DNA from: Diplonema japonicum
Taxonomy: Eukaryota; Protista; Euglenozoa: Diplonemea
Length of the DNA stretch: 64,000 bases
Assembly (NCBI GenBank): GCA_964019335.1
Contig: OZ025654.1
Span: forward strand, 682,001 to 746,000
Reading direction: 5' to 3'
Shown here: positions 1-11,491 of the stretch, piece by piece
How positions within the stretch are numbered: position 1 is the first letter of the stretch
How the letters are laid out: each line of letters starts with the position of its first letter
Notes under the pieces: model-generated
The model's database searches: none
The model's input: only the letters and a program-made list of their open reading frames with translations
Told to the model about the DNA's origin: nothing
Position numbers and translations under genes: made by a program

Positions 1-1608
1 TGTACTGGTCATCGTTGGAAGAGTGATGCTGATTGTTTCAGTCACACTCACTGAAGTTGAAAAAGTGGATGTTGGAAGTGTCAAGCTCACTGTCTCACTC
101 AAACTCAGTGATTCACTTTGAGTCAGGGTGGGCAGGGTTATTGTCTCTGTGGCCGTTACAGTTCCAGTTGGGAGTGTGATGCTCGTGGTGTCTGTTTCTG
201 TCAACGAAGCTGTCACACTCACAGTCTCCGTTGGGAGGGTCAAGCTCGAAGTGAAGGTTGCTGAGCTGGTGGGAAGAGTGATGCTCACCGACTCTGATGT
301 GGTCTGTGACTCCGTCAGTGTTGAAGTAGGAAGAGAAATCGTTTCCGTTGCAGAAATGGTTGCTGTCGGAAGTGTCAAGCTCACCGACTCCGAAAAGGTC
401 TCCGTTGGTAAGGTGATACTCACTGTTTGCGTTTCTGAGAGAGACAATGTTACCGTGCTAGTCGGCAGTGATATGGTCTCACTTGCTGTGACAGTTGATG
501 TAGGCAGTGTTAAACTTGTTGTCAGAGTGGGAAGTGACAAGGACTCGGTAAAGGTGATTGTTGCAGTTGGAAGAGTGATGCTCTCTGTCCTTGTTGCTGT
601 TAATGAAAGGCTCTCCGTCACCGTCGGAAGTGTGAATGTTTCTGTGGGTGTGAACGTTGCAGTTGGCAACGAAAGACTCACAGTCTCAGAGAGAGTTGCT
701 GATGGAATTGTGATGCTGAGTGTTTCGGTTGTTGTCAAAGACTGAGACACAGTGCCTGTTGGAAGAGTGATTGTTTCTGAAAGGGTTGCTGTCCCAGTTG
801 GGAGTGTGACGCTCAATGTCTCAGTGTCCGAAGTAGACAAGCTTTCACTCACTGTGAGTGTTGGGAGAGTGATGGTTTCAGTGAATGTACCGGTTTCAGT
901 TGGAAGAGTGATGCTGATTGTTTCAGTTGATGACAGCGACTGCGATTGAGTGCTTGTAGGGAGAGTAAAAGATTCCGAAAGGGTAAAACTTGCTGTGGCA
1001 GTGACAGTTAAAGATGGCAAAGTCAGACTCTCAGAAACCGTAGCTGTTGAACTCGGCAAGGTAACACTGATGGACTCAGTGGTCGATAGGGTTGCAGAAA
1101 CAGTACCCGTATAACTAGGGATGGTGAAGGTTGCAGATAACGTACTCGTTGCTGTTGGAAAGGTGATGCTGACAGTCTCAGAAAGTGATATCGTCTCGCT
1201 TCGAGTTGCTGTCGGCAGCGTTATAGTTTCAGAAAGAGTGACAGTAAAGGTGGGCACCGTTAAACTAATCGTGTCTGTAACCGAAGAAGACACACTCTGT
1301 GTTCCAGTGGGGAGGGTAATAGTGTTTGACATAGTATAGGTAGTGGTCGGCATGGTAATGCTGGTAGTTTCTGTAGAGGACTGCGACACACTTGCCGTAG
1401 TTGAAGGCAGCGTGAAAGTCTCCGTAACTGTAGCAGTAGTTGTTGGTAAGGTGATGCTATGTGTCTCACTGTTTGTGGGCAGAGTCACGGTGACAGTGGC
1501 TGTCTCTGTGGGCAGCGTCAGTGTAGTTGTCTTCGTGACAGCTTCAAGCACCACAACCTGAAGAAGCAGAACAGCTATGCCCAGCTGCCGTATGCATCTC
1601 ACGCCCAT
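1..1608 (-). CDS. Thr/Ser-rich secreted or surface protein with 11-aa LPT repeats (3' end outside window); paralog of 11492-14218
   Basis: ATG at 1608 gives MGVRCIRQLGIAVLLLQVVVLEAVTKTTTLTLPTET..., a signal peptide followed by TxTxTLPT repeats. The frame appears open to position 1, so it is absent from the ORF track, which shows only its plus-strand shadows. Confidence 0.85.
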   Translation of the reverse strand, partial: MGVRCIRQLGIAVLLLQVVVLEAVTKTTTLTLPTETATVTVTLPTNSETHSITLPTTTATVTETFTLPSTTASVSQSSTETTSITMPTTTYTMSNTITLPTGTQSVSSSVTDTISLTVPTFTVTLSETITLPTATRSETISLSETVSITFPTATSTLSATFTIPSYTGTVSATLSTTESISVTLPSSTATVSESLTLPSLTVTATASFTLSESFTLPTSTQSQSLSSTETISITLPTETGTFTETITLPTLTVSESLSTSDTETLSVTLPTGTATLSETITLPTGTVSQSLTTTETLSITIPSATLSETVSLSLPTATFTPTETFTLPTVTESLSLTATRTESITLPTATITFTESLSLPTLTTSLTLPTSTVTASETISLPTSTVTLSLSETQTVSITLPTETFSESVSLTLPTATISATETISLPTSTLTESQTTSESVSITLPTSSATFTSSLTLPTETVSVTASLTETDTTSITLPTGTVTATETITLPTLTQSESLSLSETVSLTLPTSTFSTSVSVTETISITLPTMTST

Positions 1609-1693
1609 GCGTGGTTCCCCTCCTCCCCCCTGTTTAATTTTCTTTTGAAGGTGTCGATCGGGTAGAAAGAATGACGACGTCGATCATTTAATG

Positions 1694-2839
1694 TTATTGA
1701 AGGGACCAAGCTTGGGATGGCTCAAGGTTGTAGTACCGTCTGAGGGACAGCTCGCCGATGAGATCCGGTCCATGTACAACAGGAAGGGACTCCCCCGTGT
1801 TGCTGAGATGATGGATAGTGGCCCATTCACCGCTGGGACGCTGGCCAAGTCTGCTGTAAGGCAGCAACGTTTCACCTTTGATGGGGTTGATCAAACTACA
1901 TATAGGCGCATAAGCGTCTTTCGATATTGCAGCATCCTTGCAAAAGTTAAAGCCTGAGAACTTCGCTTCCGAAACGACCCAAGCCGTGAGCTTTTGCACA
2001 ATGATGTTGATCAGCTCAGCTGCTTGATCGACAGCTATGGGGATCTTGGTGAACACAACTTTCGACATGGACCCTTTATCGGGCAACACGTAGCATTCTG
2101 CATCCGCGTGGAGAGATCTTAAGATCTTCTGGACCGCTCGTACAACAGGGGTTTCGGTGCAGGTCTCCAATTTGAACTTATTCAGATCTAAATCTGAGAA
2201 AGTCACCCACCCAGGCACACAATTCCGTCCTGAGAAGGTTTTCGGAACCGGCATTGTGAAGGCAAAGGGCAGCACTGTTGAAGGCAGCAACTCATAGATG
2301 GCGTTGTATCCAATGGACTCAGACATGAGCCCGTAGACTACGTGGAGGTTCTCCTCTGGAATGCGGAACTGTGCGGTTTGCTTGTGCGTTCCGGACGTGG
2401 CCACGGGGAACCTTTCGGAGAGATTGAAGGTTGTGGTTTGGGGTGGCCAGTACCGGCTTGGCTTGACACAATCGAGGCAGAGAAGATGCCTGATGAAGGC
2501 TTCGCATTCCCCCCCAGGTTTTGCGAGATCGTCTGTTGTGAAGTATATCCCTGCAAAGATCAGCTTCATGATATTGCTGTTGGAAATGCTGCACTTCGGA
2601 AGCGTCAAAGCGTTGCGTACCGTTTCCGGTATTTCTCTGTTGCACACAAAGGACACCATGCCTTGTTTTTCCTCATGGCGCACCATTTGTGGGATCGCCC
2701 GTGTCAGGACAACCCCCACCACAGCCGCTCCGATCTTCACCTCACGGAACTCACCTTGCTCTACGATACCATTCAGATCTTTCTTCCCCTTGTTCACCAC
2801 ACTGATGACGAATGACAGCCAGGTAGGAACGTCAGGCAT
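1694..2839 (-). CDS. Hypothetical protein, 381 aa
   Basis: Long complex ORF on the cluster strand; no motif recognised. Confidence 0.7.
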   Translation of the reverse strand: MPDVPTWLSFVISVVNKGKKDLNGIVEQGEFREVKIGAAVVGVVLTRAIPQMVRHEEKQGMVSFVCNREIPETVRNALTLPKCSISNSNIMKLIFAGIYFTTDDLAKPGGECEAFIRHLLCLDCVKPSRYWPPQTTTFNLSERFPVATSGTHKQTAQFRIPEENLHVVYGLMSESIGYNAIYELLPSTVLPFAFTMPVPKTFSGRNCVPGWVTFSDLDLNKFKLETCTETPVVRAVQKILRSLHADAECYVLPDKGSMSKVVFTKIPIAVDQAAELINIIVQKLTAWVVSEAKFSGFNFCKDAAISKDAYAPICSLINPIKGETLLPYSRLGQRPSGEWATIHHLSNTGESLPVVHGPDLIGELSLRRYYNLEPSQAWSLQ

Positions 2840-3176
2840 TTGTGGTATGCCGGTTTGAAGTATCTCGAAGTGTTTCTGTGTAGTGAAGAAATGTGGAAGT
2901 GAAGAGATGTAAAGGGATACCTGAACGACCGCTGAATCACCCTCCGCAGCGGAAGAGAGACACCCAGGATGTATTTCACCAGATAAGAGCGCCGGTGCCC
3001 GGACAATGTATTGGTCCGACGTTGTTTTGACAATCTGTATTAAGAAAAAAAAAAAGAGTCGGTTGATGGTTGTTTGTGCACAGCCGGGATTAACCTGTAG
3101 AAGGATAAGCCCAACAATGCCACCACTACTCTTTTTAGCACTAGCAATTCATTATCGATATAATGTTTTTCTTTGT

Positions 3177-3956
3177 TCATGCCAAAAAAAGAAAAAGGAA
3201 AGAAAAACAAACCTTGTATCCCAACTGCTGCATTTTCCTCGCATTGTAAGGTTGGGTTTGGGCTGTCTTGGATGTTCTGCAGTGCATCCAGCCGTCGAGC
3301 CCGTGTTCCTTGAAGTACAGCTCTGGAATGGCGTTGGTGGTATCGGCGGGTTGCTTGGCAGTGGAGCGAACGACCCACTCAGAATGGTCTTTGCTAACTA
3401 TGTATCTAAAGCTGCTTTCTTTTAGAGTGCTGCTGAGCTCAGTAACGTAATCTGCTTCGGATCGTTTCTTCTTTTTAACCCAGGTTTCGGGTGTTTGGTA
3501 CGCCGCGCAAAACTCGCTGAGAAGGTCTTCTACAGGGATTCCGTCAGGACGCCGAGAAACGAGTGAGAGCAATGCCTCGTCACCACCTTGCATTTTAAAA
3601 TCGAACTTTTTATCACGTTCGTTTGACGCGGTGTGCTTGCGGAACACCCTCATCAGCTTCTGCTTGTCTGTTGCGGTAGCTTCGATGTCGTACTTGTCGA
3701 AGGTTCCGTTGAGGTCATCAAACCCGTCCAGGCCCATAAGGCGTACCATCCACGAGGCGATTTGTTCCGGCTCTTGGTCGAAGCATGGGGTGCTTCTTGT
3801 ATAGATTTTCTTTACAGCCTCTTTCGACATCTTTGCATGATCCAGCTTCCCTTCGTACACTGAGACAGGGGCGCACAGTTTATTCTGTTCCAGCTCCACT
3901 TCAGCGCGCCATAGCTCGCACCATGTTGTTACGTGTGAGTCGGGTATTTGGTCCAT
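3177..3956 (-). CDS. Possible divergent TFIIE beta subunit (~260 aa)
   Basis: Likely start is MDQIPDSH at 3956. The segments KFDFKMQGGDEALLSLVSRRPDGIPVEDL and WVVRS...ELYFKEHGL resemble the second winged helix and C-terminal part of TFIIE-beta. The 3' end is uncertain (possible donor AAG|GTTTGT at 3212). Confidence 0.45.
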   Translation of the reverse strand: MDQIPDSHVTTWCELWRAEVELEQNKLCAPVSVYEGKLDHAKMSKEAVKKIYTRSTPCFDQEPEQIASWMVRLMGLDGFDDLNGTFDKYDIEATATDKQKLMRVFRKHTASNERDKKFDFKMQGGDEALLSLVSRRPDGIPVEDLLSEFCAAYQTPETWVKKKKRSEADYVTELSSTLKESSFRYIVSKDHSEWVVRSTAKQPADTTNAIPELYFKEHGLDGWMHCRTSKTAQTQPYNARKMQQLGYKVCFSFLFLFLA

Positions 3957-4451
3957 TTTTTTTATCCCCACTCCTGAGGGATTAAAAAGTGGGGGGAAAG
4001 GAATCAAAAAAGAAAAGAAGAAAAAAAAAAAAAAGGAAATATTAGTTCTAATCTCACCTTGTCCAAACCGATCTCGACTGTAGTTGGTACGTGTAACCGT
4101 CTTCTTTGCATGTTCCACCGCGGGCGCCGCGTGCGATGAACTGCATCGCTGGGGTCCCGTTCGCCTTTTTGTTAAAGATAAATTGTTATTTTTTTTTTTT
4201 TCCCCCAACGGTGACGACGCAAAATTTATCAATTTTCTTTTTTTTTTTTTCTTTTTTCTTCAATACCTCTTTGAATGTCTTTTGAGTGCATGAGTTGGGA
4301 TTTTTGTAGCTCGCCCTGAACATGGAAACAGGAATCTTTTGAACACCCATTATTTTTCTTTCTTCTTTTCTCTCCCGTGTAAAAAAAAAAAAAAAAAACT
4401 GCGAAAAATACACAAAAATTGGGAAAACACAAAAAAATAACTTCATTTCCC

Positions 4452-5463
4452 TCAAAACACGAAATCCTGCAGGACTAACACCCCCCCGTGATGCGCCACA
4501 TAAGCAGTGTCCCTCAATGGCTAGATCGCAAGGGGTCACGGGAAGGGCGCTCCTGTGGACAGGGACCGCGGACCAGTCACAAACAAGCAACTCGTCCCCA
4601 TCAGAGGTGTAAATATACGTTTCACTCACATAAGCAAAAGGAACAGGCAGCACAAGGCTACATAAAAACACAGGCAGAGAGCCATCATCCAGCACATCGT
4701 GCAGCACCAAAGAGCACCCCATAAAGACGCAGAGATACCTTCCCGAACAGAACTTCAAATTGCTGCAAGTCTCGGAAAGCTTAACTCTCCCTGAAAGGCA
4801 GAACACCAGGTTATCGTCCACCACCCCAACATGAACCTCATCTCCTTCACCGATAAAAACTGTGCCTCGGGGTGAACACGCGATACATGAAGCCTTCATA
4901 CTGAATTCGGTGAAAATCCTGCCTTTATATGTTGCGTTCCTCAGGTCGTATTTTTCTATAATTTTGGTTGGAGATGGAGGGCCCATGGGTCTGTCTTCCT
5001 GTAAGCCTTCATAGTCATCTGGTTTTTCTTTAAGAACATAACATGTGCTTGTTGTTAAACCCGTAGATTTCCTACCAGCCCCGCATGGAAGGTAGGTTGG
5101 GGGAACGTTACTGCTGTGGCATATTCCTACAGCCCAACCGCTAGTTACGCAGAGTTCATCGTTCACAATTATCGCTTCTGGGGATGGGAGGGATATGGAC
5201 GAGGCGTTGTACCATCTGAATGTTGGTGCGAGTGCTGCCTGGGAAGGGAGTATTGTAATGGTGTCGCTGTTTTGAAATGCGGGTATTTCTGTAAGCTGTT
5301 CTCCTTCGTGAGTCATGTCGAAGCTGGTTGGCTTCATGCTGAGGAGCGCGGCGACCTTGAGACGCAATGACGTTAAAGATTCATTTTCGGCCACCTCTAC
5401 CGATCCTTCCGAAGTGTTGTTTACACTTTGAACGAACAGTGTAATTGTCTGGTTGTTCGTCAT
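4452..5463 (-). CDS. Protein with an N-terminal ubiquitin-like domain and a beta-propeller-like C-terminus
   Basis: Start MTNNQTITLFVQ at 5463 with a Ubl pattern (SLRLKVAALL...MTHEGEQL). The ORF as given runs into poly-Phe to 4186; one fewer C in the C7 run at 4481-4487 would end it ...SRGVLVLQDFVF* at 4452. Confidence 0.65.
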
Positions 5464-6245
5464 TTTCTTTTTCTTTCTTTTTTTTTTGTTGGGGGTTGGA
5501 GCTGCACAAATATAAATGCGAGGGGGAATTAAAAACAAAAAAAAGTGGATTTTTTTTTTCTTTTTTTTTTTTTTTTGGATAATGTTGTGAGTGCGACACG
5601 TGAGTGGATTTTTTTTTTTCTCTTTTTAGAGGGCAAGATTTTTTTTTTTTTTTTAAAGCGATAAAGAAAAAAAAAGAAATATGAGTTCGTACGGAAACTG
5701 GTAAAGAAACTGTTTTCCCGCAACAAAATATGAGCACATCCCCTTGAAAAGCCACGAAACAAGACTTTTCCCCCAGTTCTGGTGGGTGGGGGGGGGGAAG
5801 AATATCGGGTAATTAAAACCTCACCCTTTCCCCTCAACAACCAAAACAGAAGGGAATGTGCGCTTTTGGACACTCTTCTTCGACCCGCACGAACTCATAT
5901 GAAAGGGACAAACACCATTCAGCAAGTAAAAAGCTTTTTTTTTTTTCCCACCAAAGTCTGTCAGAAGAATATGCCAAGGATGCCCTCAGGCCACCAAGTG
6001 TCACATTGAGCGAGGTTAGTAGTCACTCTAAAAGTTTTCCGTACTGCAAACGGTGTTTGTCCCAATAACAAAATAAAAAGCAAAAAAAAGTAGTTGCAAC
6101 CAATTTGTTGTTCTACCTTTTTAGCGTAAGAAAAAAAGAATAGTTTTTTTTTAATTATATAATCGAGTTAAAGGAGGTCTTTATGAGACGCCCCCCTTTA
6201 AAATAAAAGAAGAGGGGGAAAAATAAAGGGGGGATACAAAAAAAA

Positions 6246-6768
6246 ATATATGAGTTAAAGGAAGTCTTTGTGAGACGCCCCCTTATCTTCTACCTGCACC
6301 TATCCCCTTTCAGCAGCGGTTTCTCCTCCTTTGGTGGTCTTGCCGGCCTTCTCCCCAGCCTGGCCGCTCTTTCTCTTCGTTCTCTTGCCATTGTCCTTTC
6401 AACGCCTCTAGGTCATGCTTGGTCTTCGGTGATGCAAATATCGCCCTCCTGTTCCATCCGATCACCGCCTTTGTCCTCCCGATGGATCGTAGTGTGTGCA
6501 CCCTTGTGCACGGCTCAGCTGGGAAGGCCCTCCTTCCTTTCACCTTCTTCAGTACCCTTCCTAGCTCCCATGTGTGCCAGATCTTCTTCATCAATCCATG
6601 CAATCTCCTCGCTTTCTGCTGTACTTCTGCCAGATCCCCCAGCTTCCCTCCCAGGGTCTTCCCGGTCACGTTCTCGAAATCCAGTGCCAGCTCCACCGTC
6701 GACACTGACGTGTTCCTGCTGCCTGCATACCAGCGCAGTTGCCGCATCCACCTCAGCACCTCCTTCGT
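6246..6768 (-). mobile_element. 5'-truncated non-LTR retrotransposon-like fragment (C-terminal ORF end plus 3' terminal motif)
   Basis: The ORF remnant KARRLHGL...RAFPA...LRSIG...GWNRRAIFASPKT is homologous to 46919-47287. It ends in a motif (minus strand AAGGGGGCGTCTCACAAAGACTTCCTTTAACTCATATAT) also found at 6165-6198 and 10928-10964. Confidence 0.6.
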
Positions 6769-6986
6769 AAAAAAGTTAGCGATACCTTTTTCTCCCCTGT
6801 TTTGCGAGGAAAAAAAAAACTCCCAAAAAGACAAAATTTTACCATTTTTCCCCCCCCCTTTTTTTTTTTTTTCTTACCTTTTAGTTCACCCACCCTACCC
6901 TGTCCTAGGCAGCTTACCCTCAGGGCGCAGAACTATGGTAGGATGGGAACAAATGGTTTTTTTTTTTTTTTTTTCCTTCTCTTTTT

Positions 6987-7976
6987 TTAAATAAGCTCAA
7001 GAGCCGACCCAGGGTTCTTCTTGAGGTATTTCCTGATACCCTCCTCGGTGACTACCTGTTCCTCGATGAAGGTTTTGACCAGCTGCACAAGGTCCTTTTT
7101 AGCGAGATGCTTCTTGGCATACTTGTCCGTGTACTTCAGCAGGTTCGCCTCCTTTTTAGTGAACACGCTCAGCACGGACGCCACATACGAATAGTGCGGC
7201 GAAAACCCCACATCGGCTAAGAATACCCCACAAGCAATCTTCAAAGCCTCTTTATCATCAAGAAGACAATCATCCTGGATCTGCTTGATCTCACCAACGG
7301 TATCGTCTGTTGAAGGAGGGAACGCATCGGTGGTTTTACAAGTTGCAAAGAAATCATTTAAACGGTCAGACGGAGCTTTGGGCTTGGAGGTGAACTTGCC
7401 TTTCAAAGCAGCATACTCAGCATCATCATCGTCACCATCGTCAGAAGGAGCTTCCGTCCTGGCTGACTTTCCGTACAAAGTGGCGAAGGAGTCTTGCTTG
7501 TCCTGGTGCTTGATCATGGCATTTAAAAGTTTTCTATCAGCGGTAACTTCTTTGCACGCGCTGCACGAAGCGCAGCGCAGTTTTACATCTTTCTTTTTAA
7601 CGACGACAGATGTCTCGGGGTTTCCGCAGTTTATGCAGAAAACGCATTTTAAGATGAACGCGTCAATAGTAGCCTGTACCTTCTCGGTGTCGAAGTATCC
7701 GTTGACAGTCCACCTGTCGTCGCCCTTTGCCTTCTCGCCTCTCTGTTGAGTCACCCCTTCTTGTTTTTCAACCTTGACACCAAGGACCATCCCGAAGTAG
7801 CTCAGGATCAGCATTGGGTCCCTGTTCAGTGCCTTTGCCACCTTCTCGAGGTTTAAGATGACCGTTTTAGAGTACTGTCCCTTCACTTCGTGTTTGACAC
7901 GGGCGGCCTCCATCTTATAGCGGTAGTGGTCGTCGTTTCTTGCGCTTGGGTTGATACTGATTCTGGCACGAGACAT
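6987..7976 (-). CDS. EIF5: Eukaryotic translation initiation factor 5-like (eIF5/eIF2-beta domain plus partial W2)
   Basis: Contains DDHYRYKM, KTVILNLEKVAKALNRDP, YFG and the zinc ribbon CINCGNPET...CASC. Start MSRARISIN at 7976. Confidence 0.85.
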   Translation of the reverse strand: MSRARISINPSARNDDHYRYKMEAARVKHEVKGQYSKTVILNLEKVAKALNRDPMLILSYFGMVLGVKVEKQEGVTQQRGEKAKGDDRWTVNGYFDTEKVQATIDAFILKCVFCINCGNPETSVVVKKKDVKLRCASCSACKEVTADRKLLNAMIKHQDKQDSFATLYGKSARTEAPSDDGDDDDAEYAALKGKFTSKPKAPSDRLNDFFATCKTTDAFPPSTDDTVGEIKQIQDDCLLDDKEALKIACGVFLADVGFSPHYSYVASVLSVFTKKEANLLKYTDKYAKKHLAKKDLVQLVKTFIEEQVVTEEGIRKYLKKNPGSALELI

Positions 7977-8584
7977 TGTGGTAAATTGTGTTCGTCGTGA
8001 TGGGGAGGGCAAACTTAGCCAGAATAGCTGACGAGAAGAAGAAGGGAAACACACACAAAAAAAAAAGGGCTCTGAGGTGGGGCGGGGTTTTTTTTTTTGT
8101 TTTGTTGTTGTTGTTGTTGTGCGGATAAAAATAATATAAAAAAAAAAAGAAAATACACTGTGATCTTTTTTTTTTTTTTGTTTTTCTTCTGTGGAAACAG
8201 AAATCGTAACAAAAAGAAAAAAAAAAAAAAAAAAGAAATCCGCCTAATGACGGGGAGGTGTGTAACAATCACGATAGATGGGTCCCACAGGTAAGTCGAT
8301 ATTCAAAAGATTGAAAGAACGGAGCAATCTGACCGGCGGGGTTTTCCACTTTTCTATCACCGTCGCCTTATGGTCCATGCTCGAGTCGATTGCCCGCTAT
8401 GAAGGCAGAGCTGCTGGTCACTGTGTGTTTGGAAGGAGAGGCACACAGTTTACTGCACAAAACAAGCAGCTTTGGAACCAGCTTGTCAATTCTGCAAGTG
8501 TTTACCCCCATTTTTTTTCCCCCTCCCCCCATGTTCAGCATGAATGGGAGAGGCAAAAAAAAAAGAAGAAGAAGAAAAAACTCG

Positions 8585-9960
8585 ATAAGATTTCAGTGTG
8601 CATGAGGTGCTCACCGTTCAGGTAGAAATACACACTAATCGGTCACCGTTCTGTGGTTGCTGCAAAGCTATCTGCTGTGGGACTCTGTCGAAACACTTGA
8701 CAAAGTCCAACGCAATGCCGTTGAGAGGGGTGTCTGTCAACAGCGCCTCTTCAAGCTGTGTACTGAGCTCCATCAGAATGCTATCCGTGCCTCTCTTCGG
8801 TCTGAAACCATGCTGAGCGTCGTCGATCCACTTCTCTTGCCACAGCGTGATGTCACGCAGCCTCGCACATGCCCACAGCCGATAGACCGCGCTCGTGACT
8901 GTGATCGGCGATGGTTCAGAGGAGTTCTCTCGCCACCCTTCGGGATCAACGTCACCAGCGCTGTCAGGAGTGCTTTCGGCCACTTCCCTGTCGTCTCGAT
9001 CGCGTTGAACAGCTCGGCCCAAGCATCCAGCAGTACAACCGGCATGGCACGCAGTTCCGCCATCCTCCATCCATCCACCCCTGGAGCCGTTCTCGTTGAC
9101 TTCTTGGCCAACACCGCCCTCAGATCCTCTCCTGTAAGTGGTCGAAGTTCCATCTTCTGCGACACGATGTACTCCCTGTACCTCGTTCTAAAGGCGTTGT
9201 ACTGGCTCTCCTCGATCCCCACCGTACAGCTGAAAAATAGGGTCCCACTCCTTGTGCATCATCTTGTCCATCTCTTCAAGATCTGCCGTGAGAACCCCGT
9301 CGCCTTCCAATGCCTGCGTTGCTGATGCCGTTGTGCCCTTCACGAAGGCGGTCACCCTCTTCCGTTCCTCCTTGAAGTGGGTGTTGATCCTCTCTTCATA
9401 CTTCCTTTCACGCTCGACCCTCGCGTCCTTTGCGATCACTCGCGCCAGAGCGGACAGGTCGTCGTCTAGGTGTTGAAGTTTGATGATAATCGTTTCAAAA
9501 TTGTCCTTCATCAGACCCACCTCGCATCTCGGAAGCTGCGGGAGCTTCGCTAGCACCTTTATAGCATTCGCCCAAGTCCTCAGCAGCTGCTCCGGCATGT
9601 TGCTTGCTAGTCCCCTGTCGAGCAGATCTTGGACTCCCGCAAGGATGTGCGAGACTTTCCTCTTCACCTCGGCGATGCACTTCTGCCAGCCCACTGCCGC
9701 ACCTGTCGCCTCAACCACAGATTTCGCCGACAGGCACTTCTCCTTTGGTTGTCGCGCCACGCTTCTCCCGACGAAGGCCTTCCGTCTTACCGTTGGCAGG
9801 TCCCCGATGCAGCATTCCTCCGAAACGCAAGCTAACGTACTATACGCATCGTCAGTGTCGCCGTCGCCCAGCTTCTGCGCAAACCCTCCGACCTGTAGCA
9901 GCTCTGCAACTCGGTCACCATCAGCAGCTTCCATCGTGGAAAAAAAGATAGAACCAGCCG
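8585..9960 (-). mobile_element. Decayed non-LTR (LINE) retrotransposon with a reverse transcriptase fragment and at least 2 frameshifts
   Basis: RT motifs TAPGVDGW, LIPK...R/PITVTSAVYRLW, QHGFRPKRG and LDFVKCFDRVP are spread over ORFs 9188-9934, 8773-9222 and 8618-9070. It breaks off before the catalytic YxDD. Confidence 0.9.
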
Positions 9961-10927
9961 TTCGAGACGTTGCTGGCAGCTAACAAAACGGGTTCGCTTT
10001 CGCAAGGAGAATAGAAGAGAGAAAAAAGAGAGAGAGAAGGAGAGGGGGAGAAGCTAATTCTGGTTAGTTTGGTGTGTTGGCGATTTCTTTTCTTCTTTGT
10101 TTGCCAACTGCGTTGAAACGCGAAGGGACTGCTCTCAGCGCTGTTAATACAAAAGGGGGAAGGGGTGTGATAAAGGTCATGCCGACGTCCATGCTATTGC
10201 ACAAACGAGGGGGGAGGGGGAAGGGGGAAAGAAATACAAGGGAGCAACTGGTGTCCACTTGGGCCCCCTTTCCCCCCCTTTTTTTGTTGACACAATTTGC
10301 AAAAAAGGGGGGGGGGGGGTGGAAAGAAATTGATCGTAAATAAAACTGTAGAAACAGAGTTTATTCGTGAACTCACTTGAAGAGAGGAAGAAGAGAGGAC
10401 GGGGGGAAGACCGGAGGAGAAAGGGGGATTTATATACACTCGCAAACAATAGCTGTGGTTGATTTTGTTATCTTTACTTATTGCTGTTACTTCTTTACGT
10501 CCCCTTATCTCCGGTCTTTCAACTACGACTAAGAAATATAGCTGCTGAAGAATAAAATGGAAATGAGATTTTGAAAAAACCCCCATAGCTTCAATACAGA
10601 AGGGCTGGGAGAAATCAAGGAAATCCAAAAAAAAGAACACACGTTTTTCCCCCGAGCTGCACAAGGGTTACATACACGGAAAAAAAAGAGGGGGGGGGAA
10701 AGAATAAGAGTTAGTTCATTGTTGTGCGCAATTGTTACATTCTTTTTTTTTTCTTCCCCTAATAAAGATATTATTAGTAATCTTAATTAGTAACGCAATA
10801 CACTGCCCCAGCATTCTTTCTTTTTTTTGATAATTACAATAACAAGCAAGCGTTTCTGTTCATCATAAAAAAGAAAAAAAAGAAACTGGGCGGAGGTTGT
10901 GTGTCCACCCCGAAGGAGATGGAGAAA

Positions 10928-10964
10928 ATATATGAGTTAAAGGATGTTTGTGAGACGCCCCCTT
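10928..10964 (-). repeat. Isolated 3'-terminal motif of the LINE-like family
   Basis: ATATATGAGTTAAAGGATGTTTGTGAGACGCCCCCTT is nearly identical to 6246-6284. Confidence 0.7.
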
Positions 10965-11164
10965 GTTCTCATCCACTTAATATATTGACACAAAAAAAAA
11001 AGTGATTCTTTTTTTTCTTTCGTTCTTTCTTTTTTTTTTCTTTTTGTTCCTTTTCAAAAAAAAAACAAGGTGAAGCCCTTGACTATACCGAAAAGCCACA
11101 GACTAGAAAGGGGGTATGATGGGATGCGAAAGAAAAAAAAAAAAGAAGAAAAGAACTATGCTCA

Positions 11165-11376
11165 GGCGGGTCCTACTGGGGTGGTCAAACTGCGGGGCAG
11201 CCTTGTCGGGTCAGCGACAGATACCTGCTCCGGAAGCCCTCGATGCCGCTCATGTTCGCTTGTCATACCCGTGGGTGGTACAGCGCAGGGGGGTTGTCGC
11301 TCCACCCACGCCGCCAGTAACAGTCTCAGCATATACCGCAGCCTCCTCGCCTTGATGCCCAGGAAGCGGCAGCTCC
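11165..11376 (-). mobile_element. Diverged LINE-like C-terminal relic, related to 49500-49690
   Basis: Shares blocks with 49533-49686: GCTGCGGTATRTGCTGAGAC, GTGGAGCG, CCCTGCGCTGTA, ACGGGTATG and GCAGTTTGACCA. Translates in part as KARRLRYMLR. Confidence 0.55.
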
Positions 11377-11491
11377 AAAAAAAAAAAAAAATTTAAAAAA
11401 AAAGAAGGAAGACCTATCGACTCGGCTGGGATCAATAAGTCTTAGAGGAGGAACAACTTAGCTTTCCTTTAAGGGCTTTCTTGCAAACTGC

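Noticed and set aside
8240-8515. Complex-sequence island upstream of eIF5
   Set aside because: No consistent ORF or splice model found by hand.
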